Below, piece after piece: positions 39,050-52,334 of a stretch of DNA of 64,000 nucleotides; the first letter of the stretch is position 1, and every line of letters starts with the position of its first letter. The translations under genes and the position numbers were made by a program. The notes under the pieces are model-generated. The model made no database searches and was not told the origin of the DNA. It saw only the letters and a program-made list of their open reading frames with translations. Source of the DNA: Octopus vulgaris (Eukaryota); NCBI GenBank assembly GCA_951406725.2, contig OX597818.1, positions 49,476,001 to 49,540,000 on the forward strand, given 5' to 3'.

Positions 39050-40760
39050 CTTTACAAACAGCAAAAATATATGACTATTTTTAGTGGGAGGGGTGTGCTT
39101 GTTTATTTTGGCAAAATACATCAAACTGTAGCTTGATGTTTGTCAGTGATGTTCTGAAGGGAATTTTTCTTTTTTACATTCTTAATAGTTGAGTGGTATT
39201 TTGTCTTAATTACTGTTTAAGCTGAAATTGCAGATTCATATACACATGTAGAAGGAAATGGTAGGAAAGCTGTCGTTGCTAATTCAAATGGCATTGGAAA
39301 TCTTGATATCACATTCAGCTTCAAAAATACTTGCTTATCTTTTAAAATTCAAGTTTGAAAACTGGATTGCATGACAATTCTGCAAATTCTTGTACCTTCA
39401 AAAAAAAAAGGTGGGGGGGGCTTCACTGTTCCACTGCTAGAATGAATGCAACTGGACGCCTCCTGTTCCCATCTGATTTACAACTGTCTTGTGTCTAGTA
39501 AAATATATTTATGGAACCTTTTATTCATACGTGCAAAAATGCTTTCTTATTTTCTATCTCTGAGTTAAAAGTCAAATTATTTACTGAGAAAACATCAGTA
39601 CATGAAAACATCTCAATTCTAATACTTTGCACTGCATATTTCTAAAGATTTATTTCAAACTTGCCTTTTCAAAGGAAAAATATTTATTGTCTTGCAGAGA
39701 CATTAAGTTTCTTAAATATGCCTGAAAAATAACTATTTACAAAATCAAATTCACACAGTGAAAAAATTCTGCACGAAAGTAATGTTTTATTGATAAAGAG
39801 CATAACTTTTCTTTCTTTCTTTTTTCTTCTTTTAATACTTAAGTTTACTTAATTCTCTCATCGCTTGTCCCTTCAACAACCATTACACTTACACTTGTGT
39901 CTGCAGTAAAAGTTTGTGTGAACTCAGAATTCATCCTGGTATAGGTTTACAAACAGCTATTAATGTATGACTGCTAATGAAATTGATAATTTTAACTACA
40001 TCTTATATTACAACACTTAGCTTTTTCCTAGAAAGTGCCCCCCCCTCACTAATGCCTCTCTATGAATTATTGAATAAATGCAGTCAGTGCACTGTCTGCA
40101 AATATCACATTAGCTTGAAATTCTATATTCTCTCGCCACCTCTCACTTCAGTGTCACCAGTATATACATACACCATCACAGTTATTCTGTTTCAGATAAA
40201 TTTCCTTAAAAAATTTAGCCCACTTTGAGGAAAACATTTTCACTTGTTGAATGTTTTCCTGACAAAACATTAAGCTCTTGTGCACACTGTTTTCATAGAA
40301 ATATCTGACAAATATCAACAGATGAGCTACATTTGTGATGTCAGTTTAGTCAAATGAATTATAAATTTAGCATTTCCTTTAAATCTTTCAATAAGTAGCA
40401 CAAATTGGTCATTGTTAATTTCTGCAATTCTTTTACATACTGTATCATTTGACAATGGAACTTTTCATATTTCATAAAGTCTTTCTCTGAATAATTTTTA
40501 TGATTCCTCATGCCATTGGCAATGCAAGTTCATCAACAATCACATATGGTTTCTTTCCTTTTGTAACTAAGCATGAGGTTTTCTATGATGGTCTTAAATG
40601 TTTTTGTTGAACCAAACTGGTGAATGAGGTTTCAAAAAAAAAAAAAAAAAAAAAAGGAAAAATTTGTCTGTGTAGGAAGCAAGTATTAAGTACCAGAACA
40701 CCTTTTTTAATTTAGCAGGCTTCATACTTCCAATCGGTAATATTCATCTATCAATGATAA
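39050..40760 (-). pseudogene. Fossil hAT (Charlie/Buster-type) transposase
   Basis: Hand translation gives, in order, SMKPAKLK, KKPYVIVDEL, KVPLSNDTVCKRI and TDITNVAHLLIFVRY, with stops and frameshifts. Confidence 0.78.
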
Positions 40761-41954
40761 TAAACATGATATTCTGTCTGTCTGTCCAGAAACCTATCTC
40801 AGTCTACATAGACATATCATACCATTATGGAATCAGAATGATCTGAGGATTGAAAATCTGCCTTTCATTTGATTCTTGAACATTCAGCATTGGAATCAGG
40901 TTTGAATGAAGATTTGTTATATGGTAACAGTTGAAAATTCAAATGTTAAAAGAACTCCAAAAATTTATGAACTTAAAGTTTTTCATTCAAACTGATTTTA
41001 AAGTAATACCATACTGATAAGGTACTAATAAATGCTTTATTTTTATTACTCTCTTTAGTTTTGGGCCACAGGCCCAATAAGCCCTCCACAGGAGCCAGTT
41101 TAAAAGTATGCATGGAGTGCAGCTTTTAATAAAGGAAACAGTACAGTGTTCTTCCTGCCTTAAATTGAAGCCAATCCATATTGCAAAAAAGATTCGCACT
41201 TTCTCATTTTTGTCCAGGACCAGCTTCTAGTCTCACTCACTTTTTGATTTGCGGTATTGCTGTGTTCTTTGACAAATTTAACCATTTATCCATGGGAGAT
41301 ACGTTTAATTCTACATATTAAAAAGAATCTATCTAATAATTTGAAAAGAATGTTAAAAAGAAATCTTAAACTCATATAAATTAGTCAAAATTCATAAGTA
41401 TTTAAATTCTACAATAAATTTGAAGTTAAAATATTTAAAACTTTGTTTTATTATTTACAGATAATTAGGTATAATATAAAGTTAGTTTGGAAAATTGCAT
41501 CATCATTTGTTGATATTACGAGTAAATTACAGACTATAACAAATTATCTTAAGTACTTACTGTTATGACACAACTCATTACCTACATATAATATATTTCC
41601 TGATTAAGAATTCAAAATCATGGTTGTACATAAACGTCATTAACACCATTCACAAAAACATTTATAAACTTTATGACTATATGTAAAACCCACATAATGA
41701 TAACTGCCTTAAAAGACAATACTGAAATCTTATATTTGGAAAGCTTGTGTTGTACCATCAATAAGAGTTTTTAAAGTATATAGCAGCCATTAAATGTCAT
41801 CATTTTTAGTGTAAATGCAACTATGGAACAAACATTGCACAAAAGAGGACAAGAGTAGTCTATCAAACTTGTTCCGTTATTGTTTATTTTTTATTCCATG
41901 CTTGCATTTTATAAACAAATTTTATTGTGCATGTATTTTAAGTGTAATTTTATT

Positions 41955-42303
41955 TTACGGAGATGTACTTGCATAGCGAGTGACTTGATCTGAGATCGTG
42001 TGCCGGAATGAAAACAATTGTAGCATGGAAGGTGTAGCATGGAAGAAACACACAAAAACTGTTACATTCACTTCAACATTTAAATTTGTCAAAATATTTT
42101 TGGCGCTTTGAGACCGCGACCTGTTCACTGACAAAACTTCGTGCTGCATCTCTAATTCGTGCTGGATGCAGCACGAAGTTTTGTTAGTGAACAGGTCGCA
42201 GTCTCAAAGCAACGAAAATATTTTGACAAATTAAAAATTTAAATGCTGAAGTGAATCTAACGGTTTTTGTGTGTTTCTTAAATGGCTTATAAACACCTTC
42301 CAC
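41955..42303. mobile_element. Penelope-like insertion with inverted duplication
   Basis: Inverted arms about 42045-42150/42165-42280. The same family occurs uninverted at 60925-61135. Confidence 0.8.
42180..42230 (+). ncRNA. Minimal type I hammerhead, G3-C8 variant
   Basis: TTTGTTA-GTGAACA-G-GTCGC-AGTCTCAAA-GCAAC-GAA-AATATT-T-TGACAAA. Confidence 0.62.
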
Positions 42304-43974
42304 TAATTTTATTATTCTCTGTTACAGTTCCACAACCCCAAATATTTACATGACACCCAGGAGGGGGATACAACATAATGTAAGAAACGAACATATACCA
42401 TCCATCATTTCAGTGTCCATATTCCATGCTGGCATGGGTTGAGTAGTTTGACAAGATCTGACAGGTCTGAGGACTGCATCAATGTCTGTTTTGGCATACA
42501 CACACACATTATTCTTTGAGTATTGAGTGTGTGTATCGTTCACTAATCAGCTATAAACTCCAGCGATTTTGAAAACTAAGACACTTTAAAGTAAATATCA
42601 ACTTTTAACCCTTTGGGTACTTTATTCTACATTAGACAAAGTAGAACAAAATAAATAAGGTTTACTACTAACTACACAAACCATGTATTAGTTAAATCAA
42701 TACATCATTGATTATACAACAAAAATTTTACAATGAGGCATTCTTTCTAATCTTGACTACAGTAAAAACATTTCAATTTATTATTTTTATTTTTTTATTT
42801 TTTATAAATAATACTGAATTCAAAACAGTTTAAAAAGCAACATTTGATCTGAAAAGTGTAATAACACCTCAGAAAAAGATATCAAAGACCTTAAATTTTA
42901 GATATATTGCCTACCAATGTTAGGTAGTAATTAACAAAATGTATTATTACTATCGCAGCGATTGAGAAGGCGTCAAACACAAAGGAACATACTTTTGATC
43001 ATAAAACTCCTCAGTGGAGAATGCAATGCATATTAAAGTTGCATCAACAATACTTAAATAGCAAGAAATATTCAACTATAGAACAATTTTTATGAAAAAT
43101 ATAATTATGTTCAGAAATGAAAAGAAAAACCACCAAATACTTTTTTTTTTCCTACTTACTGATAAGTTAATGCATACTCAGAGAACATAGAAATATAGAC
43201 CATAGCAAGCAGTATAAAAGATTCTCAAAATGCTATCAACAAAACATATATAAAAGGGATTCTCAATGGTATGCAATGAAGATATTAAAGTGTAAATTAT
43301 TTTTTATAGAATTTATGAAGATGAACATTCCATAATATTTCGTTAGATGAAATTAATATATAAAGATTACTCAGTAATTGAAATATTTTACTACCAAGAA
43401 AAATATTCAGAACTTGTTTTATTAAAATGTTCATGTTGACATAAGCTGGTCTCTAGATCTTAATACAAGTTTAATATAGCAGATAAAAGAATACAAGAAC
43501 ACTTGAGCTTTCTGGATTAGAATATTGAAGCAAAAAAAACTATTTTTGTTTTTTGAATGAGTACAGGTTTGCTTTTAGACATCAGACAGTTTCAAAGACT
43601 TACTATAACAATAAAATAAGGACAATTTCAATTTTTTTTAGTGGTATAGTCAACTGATTTTCCCCTAGTATATGACAGGTATTATTTTATCAAATTCTGC
43701 ACCACTTTGTCAAGAGTCTGTTGACAGCTGCTTTAGTTGATTAATCACAGGTAACCTAGTTCAATGTGAAATAATCACACAGTAGCACCAATGACCTCCC
43801 ACTCAGTACCTACACTCAAAAGTGTCAGGCAATTTATCTTAGTCAAAACCACTACCCACAAATCATATAGTTTTGTCTAACAGCACCTGCTGCTTGACAA
43901 AACTACAAAAACACTTGAAATTCCAGCAACCATCCAATTAGCATATAATTTATAACATAATAGGTTTAAAAATT

Positions 43975-44230
43975 ACGATGACGGTCACCCCCGTCAATTT
44001 TGATGTATGACTGTTTGAAGGAAAGGATTAAAAATAAAAGAAGCTGCATCCATTTGCGATGGATGCATAAATGTAATCTGAGTCCTGGTATAGATTTTGC
44101 TATGAAGTCGCAATGGGAACAATGATGATTTTGATTTTGCCCAGGATTAGACAAAAGTACGTTGATTGCAGGATATATTTCTTTTATTGATTAAGTTATC
44201 TTTAAAGTGCAGCAGTCACAAGCAATTATA
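43975..44230 (-). mobile_element. 3' end of an old RTE/BovB-like LINE
   Basis: C2H2-like CSHCDFIAKSIPGLRLHLCIH near a stop, as in RTE C-termini. Confidence 0.45.
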
Positions 44231-45564
44231 TTTGTTTGGGAGGTATGGATTAGAAAAACCAAGCTATAACACTTGTGGCATTATGCTACTGGAAAGCTAT
44301 CCACCCCCAAGAAATAGAAAGATGGAGAGAAAGATGAGAATAGCAACAGAACCAGCAAAAACAGATGCTATTGTCCCAACAACCCCATCACTTGTAGGAC
44401 TGAGTAAAGTAAAAAAAAAAGCCTATCTTGTTTCCAGAACCAACAGCCAATAAAGAGACATTCCTTGCCCAGCTACAACCAAGAGTACCACCTTATCATC
44501 TTGTAACACTAAGGATAACATGGAAAGCAAGCAAGGGTGACAAACTGCCATACTTAAAAAAGTAGAAAAAGAAGAGGCTCTAAAAAAGAAAAGTTTACTC
44601 CAAGTGCAAACAAATATAATATACAAGAAAGGGCATCTTTCCCAGTACATGTTTTTTATGGTTTCACAAAGCAACACTGTTTTTCTCTAATAAAAGACCT
44701 TAAGCAAAATGATGAGGATGAGGTAGTTATTGGAGAGATGAAAAAGCCAGAATTTAAAAAACACTCAAACAAGACATAGAAACTGGTGATCACAGCAATT
44801 AGCCTAAAAATATCCCTGAGGACATGGGGTGCCTTAAGTCACATCCAACTCATTAGTGCCTTTGGGTTGAAAAATGTTTTAACATGAGCAGTAGCAGACA
44901 GCAAGCAAAGTGTAAGATGGAGCCTGTCTCCTCTTACTGAGTTTAATTCAATTGCACAGTTCTTAGCAAAACAAATGAAGAACTGATAGAACAACTAAAC
45001 TGAAGATAAAAGAAATAACAATATGCTAAGTGAGGAGGAGAATGGCCCCAGTTTTATGGAACACCCAAATGATACGAAGTGAAAAGCACATGAGCAGTCT
45101 ATGAATTACTAATATGGAATTTCCAACAGATTTCTAGAGTAGCTCAGCATATATGCTCACAGGCATCAGTTCCAAGGCACGGCAGAAGGCCAGTGCAAAG
45201 GAGTGTTCTGACCCAACCTAGTTGGTGTATTCTCAGTTGTGTGTGGTTGTGTTACTGTTTTCCAAGATTTTCTAAAATTAGATCTTTCTTTTTAATAATT
45301 GTGCTTTTATATAATTATTTATTTTAGTCAATTTATATCAAATTTTTAAACATGTCCAACTTTGGTGCTCCACCCAGCAAGACCACAGCTTTAAAGCTGA
45401 AACACTTTTAAAACATGTCCAGTTATTTATTGTATAATGTCTAATTCTCTCTTTATATAACTTTAGTTTTATCCCTCCTAACATGCATGAAATCCCTATA
45501 TATAACTTTTACTGCATGTATGAAATTGCTATGATAAGATTGTCATTATTATTATTAATAATAT

Positions 45565-45778
45565 GACAAGCTGACAGAATCATTAGCACGCTGGGTAAAA
45601 TGCTTAGCGGCATTTTGTCCGTCTTTGTGTTCTGAGTTAAAATTCTTCCGAGGGCAACTTTGCCTTTCATTCTTTCGGGGTTGATGAAATAAGTACCAGT
45701 TGAGCACTGGGGTCGATGTAATCGACTAGCCTCTTTCTCCAAAATTTTAGGATTTGTGCATATAGTAGAAAGGATTAC
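45565..45778 (+). mobile_element. SINE (family E)
   Basis: Matches 35337-35500. Confidence 0.8.
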
Positions 45779-45789
45779 TAATAGTGAAG

Positions 45790-46051
45790 ACTGGAGGCAT
45801 GTGGTTTAGTGGTTAGGGTGTTAGCATCATGATCATAAGATTGTGGTTTCGATTCCTCGACCGGGCGATGTGTTGTGTTCTTGAGCAAAACATTTCATTT
45901 CACGTTGCTCCAGTCCACTCAGTTGGCAAAAATGAGTAATGCTGCAATGAACTGGCGTCCCATCCAGCTGGGGGACAAATATGCCATTGAAACCGGGAAA
46001 CCAGACCCATGAGCCTGGCTAGGCTTCAAAAGGGTACATTTATTTATTTAT
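45790..46051 (+). mobile_element. tRNA-derived SINE, third family
   Basis: A box TGGTTTAGTGG, B box GTTTCGATTCC, (TTTA)n tail, 11-bp TSD TAATAGTGAAG. Confidence 0.88.
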
Positions 46052-46699
46052 TAATAGTGAAGGTAGTGAACTGGCAGAATCTTTAAGAGCACTGGACAAA
46101 GCAACTTGTGATATTTGTTCCAGCTCTTCACTTTCTGAGTTCAAATCTCACCTAAATTAAATATGCCTTTCAGCCCCTTTTTTTTTTTTTGCAGGGGGAG
46201 GGTCAATAAAATAACTTAGCAGTCTAATAGTGAGGTCAATTTAATCAATTAAATTCCTCCCCTCAAAAATGTTGGCCTTGTGTGTAACAGTTGTCAACAT
46301 TTTTTCATGATTCTGAGCTTATTGTTATATTTAATCTTGGCTTTATCTCAGAAACAATGAACAAGCTGACTTGAACAAAGTGAACGGAACAACACATCTT
46401 GTTTGAGGATAAACTATAATACCATGAAATATAAATCACAGGTTTTGTTACTTGGCTCACCACTGTCATGGCATCTAATCTTTTAAGAGTTCAAAGAAAT
46501 ATACAAGAACAGTTTGAACATAGTGGTACTGTCCAAAAGTTTGAAGTATTGTTTCTGTTTGTAATAAAAAGGGCCTCACCCCTTTAGGGCAAAGGAAAGA
46601 ATTTTTTTACAACTAAGGCAAATTGCAAGTATATTAAGAACCTGAGGAGAAGCATGTACACAGAGAAAACTGAATTTTTAATTTTATCAAATTAATAAG

Positions 46700-46920
46700 G
46701 TACTGGCAATGACCTTGCTCGAGCCCCCGTGCCGGTGGCATGTAAAAAGCACCCACTACACTCTCGGAGTGGTTGGCGTTGGGAAGGGCATCTAGCTGTA
46801 GAAACTCTGCCAAATCAAGATTGGAGCCTGGTGCAGCCATCTGGTTCGCCAGCCCTCAGTCAAAATCGTCCAACCCATGCTAGCATGGTGAGCGGACGCT
46901 AAACGATGATGATGATAATA
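46700..46920 (+). mobile_element. RTE 3' end
   Basis: Same tail family. Confidence 0.88.
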
Positions 46921-47390
46921 ATAAGGTGTGCCACATATTGTAAATTGCTGTTTAGCTTGAACCTTTATTCCCACAGACTCATCAGTTTAATATTTAAATG
47001 TGGATAAAATTTTATCCATGAACAAAGAGTTTCCTATCTGCTTGAAGGAAAGTAGATCTAGGATACAATAGAGGGTATGCAATAACTAAAAAGAAATGAC
47101 TTTAAAAGGATCCACTGGCTTTGAGAGCAAAATAGAGTGTAAACATGTTCAGAAGAAAATGAGATGTCAATAAGAGGTCACTATGTGCAGAAAGTAATTA
47201 CACTGTTAATAATATTTATTCCTGTCTTCCAAGACTAGCAAGGAAAAACTGAAGCTAGCCAATGGTGAAGATGAACTGGTGAGTTTATTGCTTAGAGTTA
47301 TTGAAGTCTTTCGTTGTAATAGTTATTGTGATTGGTTAATTATGAAACAATTTTAATGACTACAAGACAGCTTATAGTAATATATTATCA

Positions 47391-47470
47391 CTAGTGTTAC
47401 CTGTCAAATGACAGGTAACTTTGGGTGTATATTTTACCACCATGGGTAAGATAAGGAAATACAGCATATA
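47391..47470 (-). mobile_element. Helitron 3' end fragment
   Basis: 11-bp hairpin GTTACCTGTCA/TGACAGGTAAC followed by CTAG|T on the minus strand. Confidence 0.5.
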
Positions 47471-47474
47471 TACT

Positions 47475-47863
47475 ATCTTATCTTTTTTACTTGTTTCAGG
47501 CATTAGATTGTGGCCATGCTGGGGCACTGCAATGAAGACTTAGTCAAACAACTCGACCCCAGTACTTATTTTCTTTTTAAAAGCTTGGTACTTATTCTAT
47601 CAGTCTCTTTTTGCCAAATTTCTAAGTTATGAAGATGTAAACACACTGACACCAGTTGTGAAGCAGTTGCAGGAGAAACACAGACACATATGCATAAATA
47701 CATAATGTGTGTGTGTGTGTGTAAATGGGCTTCTTTCAGTTTCCATCAACAAAATCCACTCACAAGACTTTGGTCACTTGCCCAAGGTTCCAATCAGTGG
47801 GACTGAACACAGAACCATGTGGTTGGGAAGCAAACTTCTTACCACACAGCCACACCTATACCT
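47475..47863 (-). mobile_element. tRNA-derived SINE (family C, older)
   Basis: Reverse-complement homolog of 6694-7086. Confidence 0.85.
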
Positions 47864-48136
47864 ATAATTAAACTTTTATCAAATTTCTCAGTGGTCAATT
47901 TTCAAAAGAAATATAAATATTACCTTAAAATAAAATTAAAGCAAATTTCTCATTTTTAATTTGCAATAAATACTATTAATAATAATAATAATACTCATCC
48001 AAAATCTCTTATGTTAACAATCAGTTTATCTCATTTTTATTCTCTTTTCTCCTCTCTATGATGTAAAGTGTTACTGAATAAATCAATTGATAAACCAACT
48101 AACCAACATTTACACTGGATATTATTATATAGGGAG

Positions 48137-48355
48137 AAGGTGGCAAGCTGGCAGAAATCATTACAATGTTGGGCAAAATGCTCAGCAGCATTTCGTCCGT
48201 CTTTAAGTTGTGTCCAAATACTGCCGAGATCAACCTTGGCTTTCATCCTTTCAGGTTTGGTAAAATAAGTACCAGTTGAATACTGGGTCAGTGTAATTGA
48301 CTTCCCCACTTCCCTGAAATTGCCGGCCTTGTGCTAGAATTTGAAATCATTATTA
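48137..48355 (+). mobile_element. SINE (family E)
   Basis: ggctttcatcctttcaggtttggtaaaataagtacc core. Confidence 0.8.
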
Positions 48356-48361
48356 TATAAG

Positions 48362-48551
48362 CTGTTGCCAGCCTCGCCTGGCATGTAAAAAGCACCCACT
48401 ACACTCACGGAGTGGTTGGTGTTAGGAAGGGCATCCAGCTGTAGAAACACTGCCAGATCAGACTGGAGCCTGGTGCAGCCTTCTGGCTTCGAATCATCCA
48501 ACCCATGCTAGCATGGAAAACAGACATTAAACGATGACAATGATGATGATA
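48362..48551 (+). mobile_element. RTE 3' end
   Basis: Same tail family. Confidence 0.85.
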
Positions 48552-49273
48552 GCTGTCTGGGTTGTGGAACTGGCATACAAAATCTTTGATTGCACCTCAA
48601 CTCATCACTTTAGAGTGCCACTGATTCTGACTGACTCCTCTGTTTGTAATTAAACAATCATATATTTTTTATATATTGATTGAAAGAACACAACATACAT
48701 GATCAATCAATCTGAATCATCAGATTACATTTTAGCACCCTAACCCATTAAAGTTTAGGTTAAAAGCTAAAGATAACTATGCTTTTGTGGTTTTTTGAAA
48801 AATGTGTTATTTAATAAAGTTAACAATTAAGCATAATTCAAAACTTAAAAAAAATTTTTTTTTTTAAAAAGAGGCTGTTTTTATCTAAAGGCTATGAAAG
48901 AAATGGACTATAAAAATACCATAAAAGAAAACCAAGTTCATTTTTCTTTACAAGTTCAAAAGTCTGGAGTACATCAAAGTTGAAACTAAAAGATTGAACA
49001 ACTAAAACAACTTAAATGAACATTAAAAAAATACATACCCTTTCTTTTTAAAGATTAAAACATTGCATACATATAAAATTAAAGTGAAGTAACATGAAAG
49101 ATTATAGTATATGAAATAAAAATTATATTGCAAAAGATTGAAAAGTTTATTCCTAAAAAATTTATTAAGAGATAACATATCTATAGAATAGGGGTTAAAC
49201 CAAAAAGCCAATTCCTACATTTACAAACATCTTGTTCTTAGAAATAATTGTTTCTACTAGATCCTACATTTAA

Positions 49274-49495
49274 CCCTTTTGATACCAACCCAGCTGAGAC
49301 CGGCTCTGGCTCTGTAGTGCAAATGTCTTGTTTTCATAAGTTCTGAATTAAAATCTTCCACCAAACCTGAGTCACAATTTATGTTCCTAACACTAGCTTA
49401 ATGATAACCAAGTTTATTTTACTAAATTCTTTGTTATATTTAAAGTAATTGAAAGAAACACAGAGCATCTCCAAATAAATACAGTAACGAAAGGG
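49274..49495. mobile_element. piggyBac-like MITE
   Basis: TTAA flanks, homologous to 37820-38033. Confidence 0.9.
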
Positions 49496-50736
49496 TTAAA
49501 GAAGTCCTTAGATCTGATTTCATTATTTTTTGTGCAAAAGCAGTCCATTGATGCTGATTTCGGTAAGATAGTGGGGGGGGGGGCTCAGACAAAATCCCTT
49601 ACAAGCAAGAAACATAGGTACACATTCTTCTGGCTAGGTATCAACATTGGAGTTGGAGTAGGAATATTATTGGCAAAGAAATAGATTAAATAAAATAATT
49701 AAGGTAGTTAGAGCATGCAACAAAATAACTGAGCTTAAGCTAGTCATAAGCAACATTACAGCAACAGTGAATTATGTTTATGCTCCATAATCATGACTGA
49801 TGGATGAGCAAGGGGACTATTTCTCTGAAGATCTCTTGAAAACTACCCCAATAGTCAGCAATTTAGTTACAGTGGTTGATGACTTTAATGGGCATGTTGG
49901 GTAACACCATGACAGTTATTCTGATCTACATTGAGGTTCTGGTACACAGACTAAAGAACGACCAAGGTTCTTAAGTTTTGTGATGAACTATTACAGTTCT
50001 GGTTCCATCATGAATAATTTCTACAGAAAGAGACAACTTCAGTTCAATGAACAGTCACACTCTTTTGAATCCAATTTCCAAAAATCTTACAGAAAATTCT
50101 TTTAATAGGATATTAACTGATTGTTTTCTTATTTTTGAATATTTTATTTCGTCCAATTCTTCAATTGAAGAGGATGATACTGAATTACTAATATGTCAAG
50201 CTCCTTTGTACTACAGCTCAGAAGTTTGAGACAGTACTTGTAACCTTTGCATGTGAATTAATATTTCAAAGAGTTTAGTAATTTTGGTCATTATTCAACA
50301 AAATTCAGTCCATTCAACTGATGTAAATAGCAACTAACAGGATTTGATTATCCAGCAAGAGATCTCTTTTGACTGTGAAGTCACAACACCACTGGAATTA
50401 TATTAAAATTTATACTTAGTCAAAATCGATACATTTTTACAGACTCCAACTTCAGAAACCTAATAATTACTTCTAACTCACAGCCTTGTTTAGAATCTAA
50501 TCAAATCACAGTGTTTAAAACGATTCATTCCAATCTTGTCCAGCTAATATCAAATCAGACATTGCTGTACTTAATAAAATGCATTAATATATTTTCCTTT
50601 AAAATCAATTCTAAGGTAAATTTTAATTATGCCTGGTTCTAACATTTACTGGTTTTAGGCATAAGACTGTGTTCAAGCTAGGGTACTGCTTTCTAAGGTA
50701 TAGGCAATTACAATGGACCTACAAAACTTAATTTAA

Positions 50737-50944
50737 CCCTTTCATTACAAACGGCTCTGGCTCTGAGTACAAATGTCTTGTTTGCATAAGTTTTGAATAA
50801 AAATCCTCCACCAAACTTTAGTAACAATTTATGTTCCTAACACTAGCTGAATGATAACTAAGTTATTTTACTAAATTCTTTGTTATATTTAAAGTAATTG
50901 AAAGAAACACAGAGTGTCTCAAAATAAATACAGTAATGAAAGGG
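50737..50944. mobile_element. piggyBac-like MITE
   Basis: TTAA flanks, homologous to 37820-38033. Confidence 0.88.
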
Positions 50945-52334
50945 TTAATGACCCTGGACAAATGAAATGCAAAGTGGACATGAACAGGATTTGAACTTCA
51001 AAGATAGAAAGGCATCACTAAATACTACAAGGTATTTTCTCTGATACTCTATCAATCCAGCCACTCACTATATCTGTAGGTATATGACAGAAATTTCAGT
51101 CATTAAGGTTAATAAATATCTTCCATATATCAAACAAGATTAGATTATACTAATAAATAACTAGTTTTACAACACCTTAGCTCCTTCTCAAAGATTGAAG
51201 TAGTTATTAGTGAAATACTACTTCAAGAGAAAACTTAAACAAGGTGAAGTTCTATTTCATACCAATATCTACTAAAGTAATAAAAACTATCAGATATATA
51301 TATATTGCGATGGATGGGTATATTTTAGTTTTCTTTGTTATGTATATATATGCAGTACACTGTAAAGTGGTTGGTGTTAGGGTGGACATCCAGCTGCAGA
51401 AACCAAAGTCACTATTGGAGTTCTATGCAACCCTGCAGCTCATTGGATCCTGTCAAACTGTCCAACCAATACCATCATGGAAAATGGACATAAATGGTGA
51501 TGCCTATGTGTGTTTATGGGTATAGCTATGATTGCATAATTGAGAGGTTCGTTTTGCAACTACAAGGTTTTGGGTTCGATTCCATTGCACTGCACCTTGG
51601 ACAGATAACCTCTACCACAGCATTGGATCAATAAGTGCTTTATGAGTGATGGAAACTTAATGGAAACCCATCAGAGAAACCATAACTTTATCTCATATGG
51701 AAGATGTAATACACTGCCAGTCCTTGCAAGAGGCTACTCTGCTGAAAGCAACCATGGGGATAACTATCTCCTATCAGGCTAAGAAGCCCTGCAAAAGAGA
51801 AATGTGCACTTTTTCTAAGAATAGTGATACAATATTAAAAGGGCTTGAACAGGCTAAGCTACAAGTATTTTGAGGTCACTTTCCTTGTTAGTTAGCCTTG
51901 CAGACCCCCAATGAGTCCTTATCTTTTCTTCTTATGAACACTCTTGCCCTCATATATATTTTCCATCGTCTTTAACTGTATCTTTCTTGTCCCGTCCCAT
52001 CTCAATCTACTTCCCTTTACATTAATCTCCACCCATTAATCTCACCAAGTCATTTTCATCCTCCTTCAGCACATGACACAACCAGCTTATCCCATTTCTA
52101 TTCACATCAATCACTGACTATTCTCACCACTCTCAACAATAAATTATTTGTCTTCCTCTCTCAGAAATACTTTGTTCATCCCCCAAACTATTCTTATTTC
52201 CATTCTTTCCAACCTTCTCTGTTCATTACTCATGTTACACTCCCACAAACCATGGCACTTCTCTCACATGCAAACATACCTTTCTCTCCAGCTTTACTAC
52301 ATACTTTACCACTTACCATTATCTTTAATATTCA

